Positions 25,567-34,914 of a DNA stretch of 34,914 bases are shown one piece after another (the stretch's first letter is position 1; the number at the start of each line of letters is the position of its first letter). The notes under the pieces are model-generated. The model did no database searches. It was not told the DNA's origin and saw only the letters and a program-made list of their open reading frames with translations. The DNA is from a virus (taxonomy: Duplodnaviria > Caudoviricetes): positions 1 to 34,914 of the IMG/VR virus record IMGVR_UViG_3300037502_002994; one strand, written 5' to 3'. Both the position numbers and the translations under genes were made by a program.

Positions 25567-25789
25567 AAAATCCCATAATCTCATCAATATACATGCCTTT
25601 TTGTTTCTTGAACTGTTCAGGGTTTCTCTCTTTCTCAGAAACGATGATCATGTCAAAGAAAAGGTCTATTTCCATATCATCAATGTCTGTTTGAGGAACC
25701 TGGTACGCTCTCGAGTATTGCAAATAAAGATAGGTCACAGCTTCATAGGCGGAGAGATTTAGTTCCTCTCCGCCGTTTTCTCGTTTGGG
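25565..25789 (-). CDS. Tail assembly chaperone -1 frameshift extension (gpGT-like)
   Basis: C-CCA-AAC slippery site with a downstream 9-bp hairpin; -1 frame open to TAG at 25565. Confidence 0.8.
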   Translation of the reverse strand, partial: PKRENGGEELNLSAYEAVTYLYLQYSRAYQVPQTDIDDMEIDLFFDMIIVSEKERNPEQFKKQKGMYIDEIMGF

Positions 25790-26067
25790 AGTTCACCAAA
25801 TTTCTTTTGCATCTCATACATCAACCACTGACCAAGATCACGGAACAAGATGAAAAATTCATCTATGTCCACGTTTTCATCAATGGATTCAGGTGTGACT
25901 GCCGGATCGTTGTAGCAACTCACGATGAAGTCATACAACTGATCCAACCCTTCTTCAGATTCAATGTCTATATCGGACTCCCGAAGCCGAAAAAACTTCC
26001 GCAACAACTTCATCCGCTTCTTTGGTTTGTACAATTTGCCGTCAATTTTTAGTACCGGGACTTTCAC
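25759..26067 (-). CDS. Tail assembly chaperone (gpG-like)
   Basis: Between the tail tube and tape measure genes; acidic helical protein. Confidence 0.85.
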   Translation of the reverse strand: MKVPVLKIDGKLYKPKKRMKLLRKFFRLRESDIDIESEEGLDQLYDFIVSCYNDPAVTPESIDENVDIDEFFILFRDLGQWLMYEMQKKFGELPNEKTAERN

Positions 26068-26080
26068 TCATCAAACCTCC

Positions 26081-26674
26081 TTAGATTACTTGGGGAACAT
26101 AATTAGGATCTTGGAACCAGTCATTGAGAAGTGTGGTTTTGTCCACGCCTGCCGGCAGATTTTCATCATCACTATCCACCCGTCTGAAAACCTTGTCGTC
26201 GGAAAGACGCGCCACACCTCTGAATGTGATTTCCTGCGTTTGAAACTCCACACCATCTTGTTTGGTTTGGTGATCAGCATTTGGTACAGCAAACTTACCT
26301 TTCATCAACCAAATGTAACGATATTCGCCATTTGATTTTTGAGCACGGAAACCAATTGCAACATCAGGTGCTGTTGCATTGGTAGTATAGTCGACAAAGC
26401 CGTTTTGATAGTTCGCCCCAATCAGAAACGCGTAAACTTGCGGCGAAAGATCAGCAACGTTGATTGTCACCTCTACTTGCCCGATTTGACTGTATACTTC
26501 ACGAGGCCCGTCGTCAGCAAAGAATGTCTCAATCGAAGAATTGAAATTTATGTTCGCCGTTGTGATGTTCGGCACATGCACAGACGTGCCGTAAGTTGTC
26601 CCGTTTGCATCATCAGATTGAATAGGAGCATAGTGAAACATATCCAGACCAATTAAAGGCTTTCCACCAGCCAT
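26081..26674 (-). CDS. Major tail (tube) protein, phi13-like
   Basis: IGLDMFHYA, FFADDG, AIGFRAQKSNG and WLMKGKF motifs. Confidence 0.92.
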   Translation of the reverse strand: MAGGKPLIGLDMFHYAPIQSDDANGTTYGTSVHVPNITTANINFNSSIETFFADDGPREVYSQIGQVEVTINVADLSPQVYAFLIGANYQNGFVDYTTNATAPDVAIGFRAQKSNGEYRYIWLMKGKFAVPNADHQTKQDGVEFQTQEITFRGVARLSDDKVFRRVDSDDENLPAGVDKTTLLNDWFQDPNYVPQVI

Positions 26675-26679
26675 TTAGG

Positions 26680-27060
26680 TCACCCCCAAATAGATTTGTC
26701 TTGAAAATAAAAAACACCATCAACTGCAATATGATGCAGTTTGGTGTCTTTTTCGTACATCTCAACATCACTGTCATCATACGAAGCATAGATGGCATTT
26801 GCGTCATCGTTTCCGATAGCTTCTATTGCCTCACGGATTTGATCCGCCACTTCCCGGGCCTTTCCATACTGCGGATCAAAGCAAGAAAACTGCAAACGCA
26901 GTTGCCGGTTGCCCATTATACGCCTTGGATCAGCCACCCGATGCATGACAACATAAGGCGTCTGGACATTGTCCGGCGCACGGCCCGTATATATCCGCCT
27001 ATCCACCAAAGAAACATAATCACGCATAAAGTCGCGGATGAAATACTGCAAAGGCATCAC
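26680..27060 (-). CDS. Tail terminator/completion protein
   Basis: RIY...P...PYVV..., RLQFSCF; position before the tail tube gene. Confidence 0.75.
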   Translation of the reverse strand: MMPLQYFIRDFMRDYVSLVDRRIYTGRAPDNVQTPYVVMHRVADPRRIMGNRQLRLQFSCFDPQYGKAREVADQIREAIEAIGNDDANAIYASYDDSDVEMYEKDTKLHHIAVDGVFYFQDKSIWG

Positions 27061-27452
27061 ACTTTCGTCACTTGATTTTTGATGTCGTTTATAATTTGTT
27101 GCATGACTTGAGATGCTACAGCTGCCCATCCAGATCTAAATACGGGATTCGGTGATTGTTTTGATGTTCCAAACTCAAGAAAATGAAAGTGCGGAGCAAT
27201 TCTTCTGTCAACGGCAACAATCCCGATAGTGGGATACATATCACTTCTTGGCATTAGTTTGTGAACAATTGAACGGCGAGCATTTCCGGTGGGACCTATC
27301 GGCGCTCTAGAACGAATTTGATCAGCCGCTTGTTTTGCTGCTTTCTCAATGATGACTTCCTGCATACTGTCATCCACTTGTTTCAACAGTTTCTGCATGT
27401 TCCTTTCCAGTTCTTCAAAGCCTTCAATCTCAACTTTGAACTGGCTGCTCAT
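27057..27452 (-). CDS. HK97 gp10-like tail component
   Basis: IEGFEEL, RAPIGPTG and FLEFGTSK motifs. Confidence 0.88.
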   Translation of the reverse strand: MSSQFKVEIEGFEELERNMQKLLKQVDDSMQEVIIEKAAKQAADQIRSRAPIGPTGNARRSIVHKLMPRSDMYPTIGIVAVDRRIAPHFHFLEFGTSKQSPNPVFRSGWAAVASQVMQQIINDIKNQVTKV

Positions 27453-27777
27453 CTCCCAGAACCTCCTTGACCCGAAGAACTGTCCACCGTTTGTCAATGT
27501 GATAGTAGGATTCTATTTCAAAGGTGCGCTTTAATCCACTTTGAACAAATGATGCTCTCATGGTCGGTTGAATTGTCGGGAGATACCGGATTGTGATCTC
27601 ACCTGCCAGCTCAGAATTCACCTTTTGTGCTTCCCAATAGTCACGTCCTGAAAGTGGCTTATACTTACCCCATACCTTCTTGAACAATTGATACTCCTGA
27701 ACAGGCTCGCCATACTCATCTTCGCCATCCACGAGCGTTTCCAGAGTGATGCGCAAATCCAAGTCACCAGCTTGCAT
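27430..27777 (-). CDS. Head closure / head-tail adaptor (SPP1 gp16-like)
   Basis: AGDLDLRI, DEYGE, VWG..PLSGR and ITIRY motifs. Confidence 0.88.
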   Translation of the reverse strand: MQAGDLDLRITLETLVDGEDEYGEPVQEYQLFKKVWGKYKPLSGRDYWEAQKVNSELAGEITIRYLPTIQPTMRASFVQSGLKRTFEIESYYHIDKRWTVLRVKEVLGDEQPVQS

Positions 27778-28328
27778 TACAACCACACCCTATACGGCCA
27801 CAACAGGGCCTCAAAAGTGAACGGAACCTGTGATATACTACCGTCGATAACAGGTGTCCTTTTTTCGTATAGATGATTGACGAGCAGCATGATGGCCTGC
27901 TTGATTGGTTCCGGGAGCGTTTCAGCATCATAACCAGCCTGGAAACGAACCCGGACAGCGCCGGAAGGGAACAAGTCACCAGGTCTGTTGTGAAAGTGAA
28001 TTACACCAGGTTCGGAATCGGTGTCAACTGAATAATCAGCCGGGTCAAGCGTTTGCGTTTGACCATGACGATCCCTGTATTGTACAGATTCAATCAATGC
28101 GAGAGGGGGACGAGGCACTTTTAGGCGTTTTGGAAATTCATCAACGATCAGTTCAAATGTTTGAACCGCAATAGAACGCCTTGTGAACGCCTCTGTATGT
28201 TCCCTAGCTACTTTGATGAGGGATTGAATCAAGGTATCTTCGTCATCGTGATCTACACGGAGATAGAGTTTTACGTCTCCCAAACTAATGGGTTCTTGTG
28301 TGGCTGGTAAGATGACACGAATGTTCAT
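27777..28328 (-). CDS. Head-tail connector (gp6-like, long form)
   Basis: EPISL..VKLYLRVD..EDTLI; PEPIKQAIMLLVNHLYEKR. Confidence 0.9.
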   Translation of the reverse strand: MNIRVILPATQEPISLGDVKLYLRVDHDDEDTLIQSLIKVAREHTEAFTRRSIAVQTFELIVDEFPKRLKVPRPPLALIESVQYRDRHGQTQTLDPADYSVDTDSEPGVIHFHNRPGDLFPSGAVRVRFQAGYDAETLPEPIKQAIMLLVNHLYEKRTPVIDGSISQVPFTFEALLWPYRVWL

Positions 28329-28513
28329 TCGTCACCCTTCTTTCGCCTAGTTCGGGTCTCTTTGGGTTTTACGATGGCAGTTTCCTTTTCGACAGGTTCC
28401 GCCAAACCAGCTTTGATATATTGAGAAGCGATCTGTTTATCAAGGTCAACAATTTCACCCGCCGTATATGAGAAGTTAATACCAGCCATACTTTGCAGAA
28501 TTCTGACTTTCAC
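28325..28513 (-). CDS. Small head-associated hypothetical protein
   Basis: GEIVDL....A..YIKAGLAE motif after the capsid gene; GGAGGTG RBS. Confidence 0.75.
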   Translation of the reverse strand: MKVRILQSMAGINFSYTAGEIVDLDKQIASQYIKAGLAEPVEKETAIVKPKETRTRRKKGDE

Positions 28514-28565
28514 GTTTTCACCTCCACAATAGTGGAAAGGCAGGTGTTACCCTGCCCTTACTTCA

Positions 28566-29792
28566 TTAGACGGAAGCCATTTGCAATACCTTCACTGCTT
28601 CCTCAAGGATCAGGCGACCATCAACACGTTGACGCATACGGAATCCAACGTGACCGGTTTTGGCATACAGCTCATCAAGACGTTGCATGATACGGCCCTG
28701 GCGGTCAGCAATCCAGTAATAGGAGAATGCGCCAAAGGCTAACGGCTTTTCGCTTGCACCAATTTCAGGCACAAACTGGGACACAGCGACAGGGCGGCCA
28801 AGGATTCTGTCCGGCTGTCCGGCCTGTAAACCAGGCTGCCACAGATACTGACCATCGTTGTCCTTAAGTTTACGGATCGCCTTGATAGTACTGTCATTAG
28901 CCAACCATGTAGCCCGGGAACGATAAGGACGTTTCAGGCTATGATACAACTCAATCAAGTCATCACCGGTGATTGCATTCGTCGTGGCAGCAGTGTGCCC
29001 CACTTCAGCATCCTGGATCACACCGCGGGGTTTTCCGATTCCGTCACCGTTGACAAAGGCGGCTTCCTCAGCTTCACCAAAGCTGCGGCCAAAGGCATCG
29101 CTTGTATATTGCTCCAAGTTGAAGGCGGAATCATAGAGCAACTCTTCAGAGATTTTCATGATGCGACCCAGTTTGTAGGCACGCAGAACCTTTTGACCGA
29201 AGGTTGCGTCGCTTTCAGTATATTCTTCTTCCTCACCCAACCAAGCAGCTTGCCCTTTGTCGGCTTCAACCGGGATTTCCCGGTCACCAGAGCTGGTAGT
29301 GATGACAGTGGCCAAGCCGCGCATGACGTTGTTTTCCTCAAGTTTCTGGATCAACTGGCGTTCGAACTCGTCCGGGACAGTATATCCACCGGCTGAATCA
29401 ATACCAACAACCAGCGCACGAACTTCAGGATCTCTCAACATACGCAGTTGTTCAGCATCCAGAGCATTCCGCCCCATCCGAATAGCATCCCAGAACGCTG
29501 CACGGTATTCTTCGGTTGCCCGGAGAGGTTTATCACGTTTTTCGTCTTCTGCTTGAGGCACTTGACGAATCGGATCTTTATCCCGTTTTTCCAGATCGGA
29601 TTCAAGAGCAGCCAAACGCTCTTCACGCTCAATGTCTTTGCCCAACCTGTCAACATCAGCCATGATGCGGTCATATTGTTCTTCCTCTTCAGCAGTCAAA
29701 TCGCGTTTTTCAGCCTCAGCCTTATCCAAAATTTCACGTGCTTGTTGTACCAAAGCAGCTCTTTTTTGTTTCATATCCAAAACTTTTTTCAT
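28566..29792 (-). CDS. HK97-family major capsid protein
   Basis: Coiled-coil delta domain; GGYTVP, ISEELL.DS, FVNGDG..KPRG, KLKDNDGQYLWQP and ILGRPV motifs. Confidence 0.96.
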   Translation of the reverse strand: MKKVLDMKQKRAALVQQAREILDKAEAEKRDLTAEEEEQYDRIMADVDRLGKDIEREERLAALESDLEKRDKDPIRQVPQAEDEKRDKPLRATEEYRAAFWDAIRMGRNALDAEQLRMLRDPEVRALVVGIDSAGGYTVPDEFERQLIQKLEENNVMRGLATVITTSSGDREIPVEADKGQAAWLGEEEEYTESDATFGQKVLRAYKLGRIMKISEELLYDSAFNLEQYTSDAFGRSFGEAEEAAFVNGDGIGKPRGVIQDAEVGHTAATTNAITGDDLIELYHSLKRPYRSRATWLANDSTIKAIRKLKDNDGQYLWQPGLQAGQPDRILGRPVAVSQFVPEIGASEKPLAFGAFSYYWIADRQGRIMQRLDELYAKTGHVGFRMRQRVDGRLILEEAVKVLQMASV

Positions 29793-29794
29793 CT

Positions 29795-30421
29795 TTAAAT
29801 GACCTCCTTAGCGATTATTTCAAGTTTTTTGCGTTTCAATGACAAACTGCGCGCCTGCGGCTTGTCTTCTGCCCCACCGTCCGCCTGGAGCGATGAGGCA
29901 TACTCTTCATACACTTGTTTTGCTGAGCGAACCCCAACACTGGAATCCGGGTATGCCGGAAACGGTGTGGGGCTGATTTCAAACAGATTCACTTCTACCA
30001 ATGTGCGGATGACATTGTTCTCATCGCTGTTGTCCCACTCATCCACAACTGTCTCAAAACCAAAAGAGACACCATCCACATCACCACGTTTTATGGTTGC
30101 GGCGGCGTCTCTTCCCCATGTTGTATCAGGAAGTTCAAGTTCAAACTTGAGTCCTCTGTCATCTTCCCACAGCTTCAATGTTCCGTTTTTTGTGCTACCT
30201 AGCACCAAGTCACTGTTGTGGTTCCACAGCGCTTTGACGTTTGAGTTTCTAAGCGATTTCTCAAAAGCCCCCTTTCTGACTTTTTCTCTGAAACCGTATA
30301 AAGGAACAGATAGCTTCTCAAACTCCACAACATAGCCACCAACAATGGTTTTCCCGTCGTCAGTGTTTCTGATCTCCATGTTCGACAATTCAACGTGTCT
30401 GCGTTCAAGTTCTTTACTCAC
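29795..30421 (-). CDS. HK97-family prohead protease
   Basis: ALWNHN, GVSFGF and EISPTPFPAYP motifs. Confidence 0.95.
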   Translation of the reverse strand: MSKELERRHVELSNMEIRNTDDGKTIVGGYVVEFEKLSVPLYGFREKVRKGAFEKSLRNSNVKALWNHNSDLVLGSTKNGTLKLWEDDRGLKFELELPDTTWGRDAAATIKRGDVDGVSFGFETVVDEWDNSDENNVIRTLVEVNLFEISPTPFPAYPDSSVGVRSAKQVYEEYASSLQADGGAEDKPQARSLSLKRKKLEIIAKEVI

Positions 30422-30432
30422 CCAAATCACCT

Positions 30433-30462
30433 CCAAAATAAAAAACACCCTATACAGGTGTT
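30433..30462 (-). terminator. Terminator-like hairpin after the portal gene
   Basis: AACACC-tgtatag-GGTGTT-TTTTATTTT. Confidence 0.55.
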
Positions 30463-32485
30463 ATGACCCAGCTACTATCGTACAGTTACAACCCCTATGC
30501 AAAGGAGGATGTCCAATGTTTGACGATGGTTGAATCGTTTTTCCGTTGGCTTCAAACTCTTCTCCTGCTTGTACAAAGGAACTGTGAACACCAGCTGTCT
30601 TTCCGTCTAGTTCGGTACAAAAATCACAAGCATTGTTTTCAGCAACCCACCTCAGTATTGTCACACCAACGGCAGCATAGACAAACCTGGCAATGGCGTT
30701 TGAAGCTCGGACAATGTTTTCGTCCGTTTCACTTTCGATTCTGTCCTCGTACCAAGAATCAAACTCATCCTGAAGCTCTTCGACAATATCCACATTTTCT
30801 GCAACAGCTCTCTCAATCGCCTTTCTAAGCCTTTCGATTGATCCGCCAGTATGTCGACGGTTCATAAACATTTCATAGCCTCGAACAAATTCCTCCAATT
30901 CAGGTGTCATGCCTGCTTCGGCTCCAACCTCATCTGCAATACCACTCTGAACAGCTTCAGCCATAGACAACAGAACAGGGAGCACTTGGCGTCGAAAGTA
31001 TTCCTCATGCTGCCTGTAAAAGTCAGAGATCCAGGCCAAAAATTGATCAATATCTCGGCTTTGTAACTGTTTCCTGGCCTGTCTCATGACATCAGCTTCT
31101 TCCCGTCGAATCACACGCGTCAGTGCATCTTTGAGCAAGCGCTTGAAACTTCGGTTCAGACTCCAACGTATTTCAGCTGCTCGTCTTTGGCGTCGCTCTA
31201 AAGCTTTTTTTTGAATAGTACGTCCCTCTCCATTTGTTCCGTCTTGACCATTATCTTCTTCATTGACTTCTTGTCCATTCTCGATCCTGGCCTGATCAGC
31301 CGGAATCATATTCATTGGTACAAAGTAGATGTTGCCTTGTCCATCAGGCAGAGGATTCATGTTTTCCATCTCTCTGACATCATCAGCGCTCAGCCAACCC
31401 CACTGACGGCCAATAGCATAGGCTTTGTACCGGCTTTCGATATCACCGCGGAGCAGACCGTCAACCACGAATTCAGCAAAGTATTGTTTGCGTCCTTCAC
31501 GGCCAAACAGTTTATTGTTTATTGCCTGCTCCCAGCGTACTAACCACGGCCGTATAGTATGAACCACAAAGTCAATACTCTGGTGTTCGATATTTGAGAA
31601 TGTGGCCCGTTCTAAATCTGCCAGCATATGCGGAGGCACACGGAAAAAACGGGCAATCTCAGTTACCTGAAACTTTCTTGTTTCAAGGAACTGTGCTTCT
31701 TCTGGCGGGATACCAATTTGTTTATATTGCATTCCTTCTTCCAGGATGGCTATTCTGTGGGTCTTGCTCAACCCCTGGTGCATCTCTTCCCATGATTTGC
31801 GAAGTCTGGCCTGTGCCTCTTCACTCAAGTTCCCCGGATGTTCCAGAACACCGCCAGGTTTGGCCCCGTTTCCAAAGAACCTGGCTCCGTATTCTTCGGC
31901 AGCCAAACCAAGTCCAATGGCTTCACGGGCCAGACGGATTGGGCTGTATCCTACAAGGCCATCAAAACTCAATCCCGGGATATGAAACACTCTATAGGCA
32001 GGTAAAATGACTTGAGTACCATCAGGGAGAATGGTTTTGTATTCAATTTCACCATTTTTGTTTTTTCGCTCCGGCCATGTCTTGTCCGGTCTCAACGGCC
32101 AAAGCCCTCTGACCCTGCCAGCGCGGTCATATTCAATTTCGGCATAAAAATTCCCCCACAAGGCCAGGTGTCCCATTGCTGTTTCGCGAAATGTGAACGA
32201 TGTCATCTCTTCGTTTGGCCTGTCGTGGAGGATCTCGTACAGGTAGTGGTCATATGCTCGCTCTTTCCCCCGGGGTGAAAGCCGTCTATAAACGGGTAAA
32301 GGCAGGCTAGCGACTGTCTCAGCCAGTATTCTCACACAAGCATATACGGCAGTGTGTGTCAAAGCTGTTTGCGGATCAACCTTCTTGCCTGTCGCAGATG
32401 GAGATGATAGCAATGCCTCTTTCAGCCAACCAGAGGGATTGGCCAGCGTACTTCTTTTTTCAAGCAACGTTGATATGATTCCCAC
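30461..32485 (-). CDS. HK97-family portal protein fused to a MuF (SPP1 gp7-like) minor head domain
   Basis: AVYACV, GYSPI, QFLETR, IARFFRVPP in the first ~400 aa; C-terminal W...CDFC..LDG...PPLHRGCNC. Confidence 0.9.
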   Translation of the reverse strand: MGIISTLLEKRSTLANPSGWLKEALLSSPSATGKKVDPQTALTHTAVYACVRILAETVASLPLPVYRRLSPRGKERAYDHYLYEILHDRPNEEMTSFTFRETAMGHLALWGNFYAEIEYDRAGRVRGLWPLRPDKTWPERKNKNGEIEYKTILPDGTQVILPAYRVFHIPGLSFDGLVGYSPIRLAREAIGLGLAAEEYGARFFGNGAKPGGVLEHPGNLSEEAQARLRKSWEEMHQGLSKTHRIAILEEGMQYKQIGIPPEEAQFLETRKFQVTEIARFFRVPPHMLADLERATFSNIEHQSIDFVVHTIRPWLVRWEQAINNKLFGREGRKQYFAEFVVDGLLRGDIESRYKAYAIGRQWGWLSADDVREMENMNPLPDGQGNIYFVPMNMIPADQARIENGQEVNEEDNGQDGTNGEGRTIQKKALERRQRRAAEIRWSLNRSFKRLLKDALTRVIRREEADVMRQARKQLQSRDIDQFLAWISDFYRQHEEYFRRQVLPVLLSMAEAVQSGIADEVGAEAGMTPELEEFVRGYEMFMNRRHTGGSIERLRKAIERAVAENVDIVEELQDEFDSWYEDRIESETDENIVRASNAIARFVYAAVGVTILRWVAENNACDFCTELDGKTAGVHSSFVQAGEEFEANGKTIQPSSNIGHPPLHRGCNCTIVAGS

Positions 32486-32495
32486 TACGTTTCAC

Positions 32496-32630
32496 CTACT
32501 TTCCTAAGCCCAACCATAGAAACAATCCTCCAATCACTATCAAAGCTGATGGAGGGTATATCATCCAAAGTCCAGCGAAGAGCAGTCCCATGCCTATCAG
32601 ACATATAAAGTCCCTTAGGTCTGGCTTCAC
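32496..32630 (-). CDS. Small membrane protein between terL and portal
   Basis: 44 aa with two hydrophobic helices; GGAGGGG RBS. Confidence 0.75.
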   Translation of the reverse strand: MKPDLRDFICLIGMGLLFAGLWMIYPPSALIVIGGLFLWLGLGK

Positions 32631-32643
32631 TCTCTCCCCTCCC

Positions 32644-34332
32644 TCACAGGGTGATGATTCCTCTTTCTTCATAGACACTTCTTTTGTTCGCCTGAATCAC
32701 CATTGCTCTTGCATGTGCGTTTATCGTTGCTGCTATAGGGTCAATTCTGTGCGATGATTTGGATTTATCAAGCATGATATTTTCATTTGAATCTTGTCTT
32801 GTGACTGCGTTTCCTATTGACCATGTTAAAACTGGGTTGTTGTTGTGGATAACTTCTTTCTTATACACTTTTTCTCTAAAGTTCTTCGTTGCCTCTCCTA
32901 GTGTCTTAAACCCTTGTCTGATTTCCACAACTTCATAACCTTCATTCACCATACTTTGAGCAAATTGAGTAGCGTTATAAGGGTCGTAATCTATTTCTTT
33001 GATAACCCAATCGTTTTCTTTTTCCTGTTTGATGATGTATTCCTTAACAAAGTCATAATCCACCACCGCACCGGGTGTAGTGGTGATCCATCCTTTTTTT
33101 ACCCATAAGTCATATGGCACTTTGTCAGTTTTTCTTTTTTCTGCTAAGGTCTCTTCAGGCATGAATGAGTGAGACAATACAACGTATTTATTGTCAATCG
33201 GAAATACAAAACTAACCGATGTTAAGTCTATCTTTGAAGATAAGTCCACACCAACAAAGCACTCTTTTCCTCTTAGATCAGGTAATTCATCAGTGCCACA
33301 TTCAGCCCATTTTGACATGCTCATATAGCCGTTTTCCTTTTGGTCTACCCAAACATTCATATGTTTGGTGAGGAAGTTCCTCATCTTTTCCGGCACATCA
33401 AGAGCCGCTTTCAATTGGCTCCTGAGATAGTTCTTACCTTCCTCGTATGAACAGAGAATAGGATTAGCTTTTTCCCAGTTCCGCTCATCCTTGATATCAT
33501 CGTCTTTGTCCAACTCATTGATCATCACAAAGTATTCATCATTTTCCACCGGGTTGTTAGGATCAAGGATCTGGGAAACATACTTATATTCGACACTGTA
33601 GCACGGGTTTTGAAGTTCAAACCCAGCTGTGGTAATGATCATCAATAAGGGTTGTGGCCGGGCAGCCATCCCGGAATCAATGATGTCATATATTTCAGAT
33701 GTCTCATGAGCATGATATTCATCAATGATGCCACACTGAGGGTTGAGACCATCTCCTGTTTTCCTGTCCTCTTTTGAAAGCGGCCTGATGAATGATTCGC
33801 TTTTGATGTGCTCGATCTTTCCATAAGCAACTTTGAATTTGCCTTTCAGTTCATCACAACTGTTTAGTTGTGCCTTTGTTTCATTCCACACAATCTTGGC
33901 TTGCTCCGTTTTTGTGGCCCCAATATAAACCTCTGCCATCCCTTCACCAAGTGCCATAGCCTCATATGATGCCACACAGGCCAGCGATTGAGACTTGGCA
34001 TTCTTCCGGGCCACTTGCCAATAGGCTTTTTTAAAGCGCCTCAAGCCGGTATCTTTGTGTATCCAACCATAGATGTTTGAAAACACAAATACCTGAATGG
34101 GATGCGGTTCAATGTACTGACCCCTGAGCTTCCCTTTGGTATGCTTGAATAGGCTCATCCAACGCAGGAACCGCAGCGCCTTCTCTTCATCAAAAATATA
34201 AGGTAACTCGTCTGTTCCCTCTCGTTCAATATCACGCAAAAAACGCTGACAGGCCCATTTGTGCTTTTGACAGGCAACTATTTCCCCATCCAGGACATCA
34301 TGGCAATACTGCACCATCCAATCCCGTAGCAT
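32644..34332 (-). CDS. terL: Terminase large subunit
   Basis: VARKNAKS, IIDEYH, ITTAG, GVDLS and RIDP motifs. Confidence 0.96.
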   Translation of the reverse strand: MLRDWMVQYCHDVLDGEIVACQKHKWACQRFLRDIEREGTDELPYIFDEEKALRFLRWMSLFKHTKGKLRGQYIEPHPIQVFVFSNIYGWIHKDTGLRRFKKAYWQVARKNAKSQSLACVASYEAMALGEGMAEVYIGATKTEQAKIVWNETKAQLNSCDELKGKFKVAYGKIEHIKSESFIRPLSKEDRKTGDGLNPQCGIIDEYHAHETSEIYDIIDSGMAARPQPLLMIITTAGFELQNPCYSVEYKYVSQILDPNNPVENDEYFVMINELDKDDDIKDERNWEKANPILCSYEEGKNYLRSQLKAALDVPEKMRNFLTKHMNVWVDQKENGYMSMSKWAECGTDELPDLRGKECFVGVDLSSKIDLTSVSFVFPIDNKYVVLSHSFMPEETLAEKRKTDKVPYDLWVKKGWITTTPGAVVDYDFVKEYIIKQEKENDWVIKEIDYDPYNATQFAQSMVNEGYEVVEIRQGFKTLGEATKNFREKVYKKEVIHNNNPVLTWSIGNAVTRQDSNENIMLDKSKSSHRIDPIAATINAHARAMVIQANKRSVYEERGIITL

Positions 34333-34826
34333 TAGACATCACCAAACATCTTTTCAAACGCCGTCGGCTCCTTCTTCTCTTGTTTCGGGATAGCAATTTT
34401 AGCCCTGGCTGCCGGTGTAAGGCCAAACTCGTTGGCCAACGCTTTCATCTGTTCATGAAGATGCTTCTTTTTCGTCAAAAGAGGATGCGGAACTTTGTTT
34501 GTTTCGGCTGCCTTGTTTGTGTATTCGACCATGAGGCCCTCTTCTTCAATGATCCGTGTACACTCAATATAATTGACGTACGCATCACAATAGAGAGCAA
34601 GGGCATGGACATCAACATTTGTGATGAGACCTACTTCCTGCAATTCCTTGGCCAGCTGTTTGAACACTTTTTTGGCCTCTTTTGACAGCCACGTTGGCGG
34701 TTTGACTTTGTCAGCTTTCGGCTTGATCCGCTCCTCGGCTTCCTTCCGCTCCTGGATCTCTTTCTTTGTCAGATGTTTGTTCCCTTTGATCAACATAAGA
34801 TCAATTGGCATTGCCTTTCTGCCCAT
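34332..34826 (-). CDS. terS: Terminase small subunit (P27 family)
   Basis: PPTWLS..AK, LALYC..Y, HPLL and EFGLTPAAR motifs. Confidence 0.95.
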   Translation of the reverse strand: MGRKAMPIDLMLIKGNKHLTKKEIQERKEAEERIKPKADKVKPPTWLSKEAKKVFKQLAKELQEVGLITNVDVHALALYCDAYVNYIECTRIIEEEGLMVEYTNKAAETNKVPHPLLTKKKHLHEQMKALANEFGLTPAARAKIAIPKQEKKEPTAFEKMFGDV

Positions 34827-34907
34827 TTTTTCTCACCTCTCTTTCCAAAATTTGTGTGACCCCTTTAACGAAATAAAGGGAATTTTGTTCACAGAAAACG
34901 GCCCGCG
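34782..34907 (+). repeat. Terminal direct repeat, copy 2
   Basis: Identical to 1-126; the last 7 nt (AAAGGGG) do not match. Confidence 0.95.
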
Positions 34908-34914
34908 AAAGGGG

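Larger units (their letters stand above)
1..34907. mobile_element. Complete temperate siphovirus genome (HK97-like head, probable cos packaging), Bacillales host, circular/excised form
   Basis: Full set of packaging, head, tail, lysis, lysogeny and replication modules in canonical order; terminal 126-bp overlap; uninterrupted attP; no host genes. Confidence 0.95.

Noticed and set aside
32644-34332. Intein or intron in terL (or in the helicases)
   Set aside because: Lengths are ordinary, reading frames continuous, and no splicing motifs are visible

Overview
The window looks like the complete (~34.78 kb), circularly assembled genome of a temperate siphovirus of a Bacillales host. Bases 1-126 recur at 34782-34907, and attP is intact, so this is the excised or virion form. 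Minus-strand late genes: terS, terL, portal fused to a MuF-like domain, prohead protease, HK97-type capsid, connectors, tail tube, frameshifting tail chaperone, tape measure, Dit, Tal with a Peptidase_S74-type chaperone, XhlA-like protein, holin and amidase. Next comes an independently promoted six-gene accessory operon (16200-18072) that resembles an anti-CRISPR/anti-defence locus. It contains an operator-bearing promoter, an acidic DNA-mimic-like protein, an HTH protein, an H-type RNA pseudoknot and a protein resembling Csx20-type ring nucleases. The attP core is the 3' end of sufB. The plus-strand lysogeny module holds an ImmR-like repressor, an ImmA-like protease, a membrane-anchored DEDDh exonuclease and a tyrosine integrase. 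Minus-strand early genes: Cro, antirepressor, SNF2 helicase, SSB-like protein, a split AEP primase / PriL-like + DUF927 helicase, an iteron origin, VRR-NUC, MazG-like protein, late activator and HNH next to a probable cos site. All family calls come from motif recognition by eye; no database search was run.
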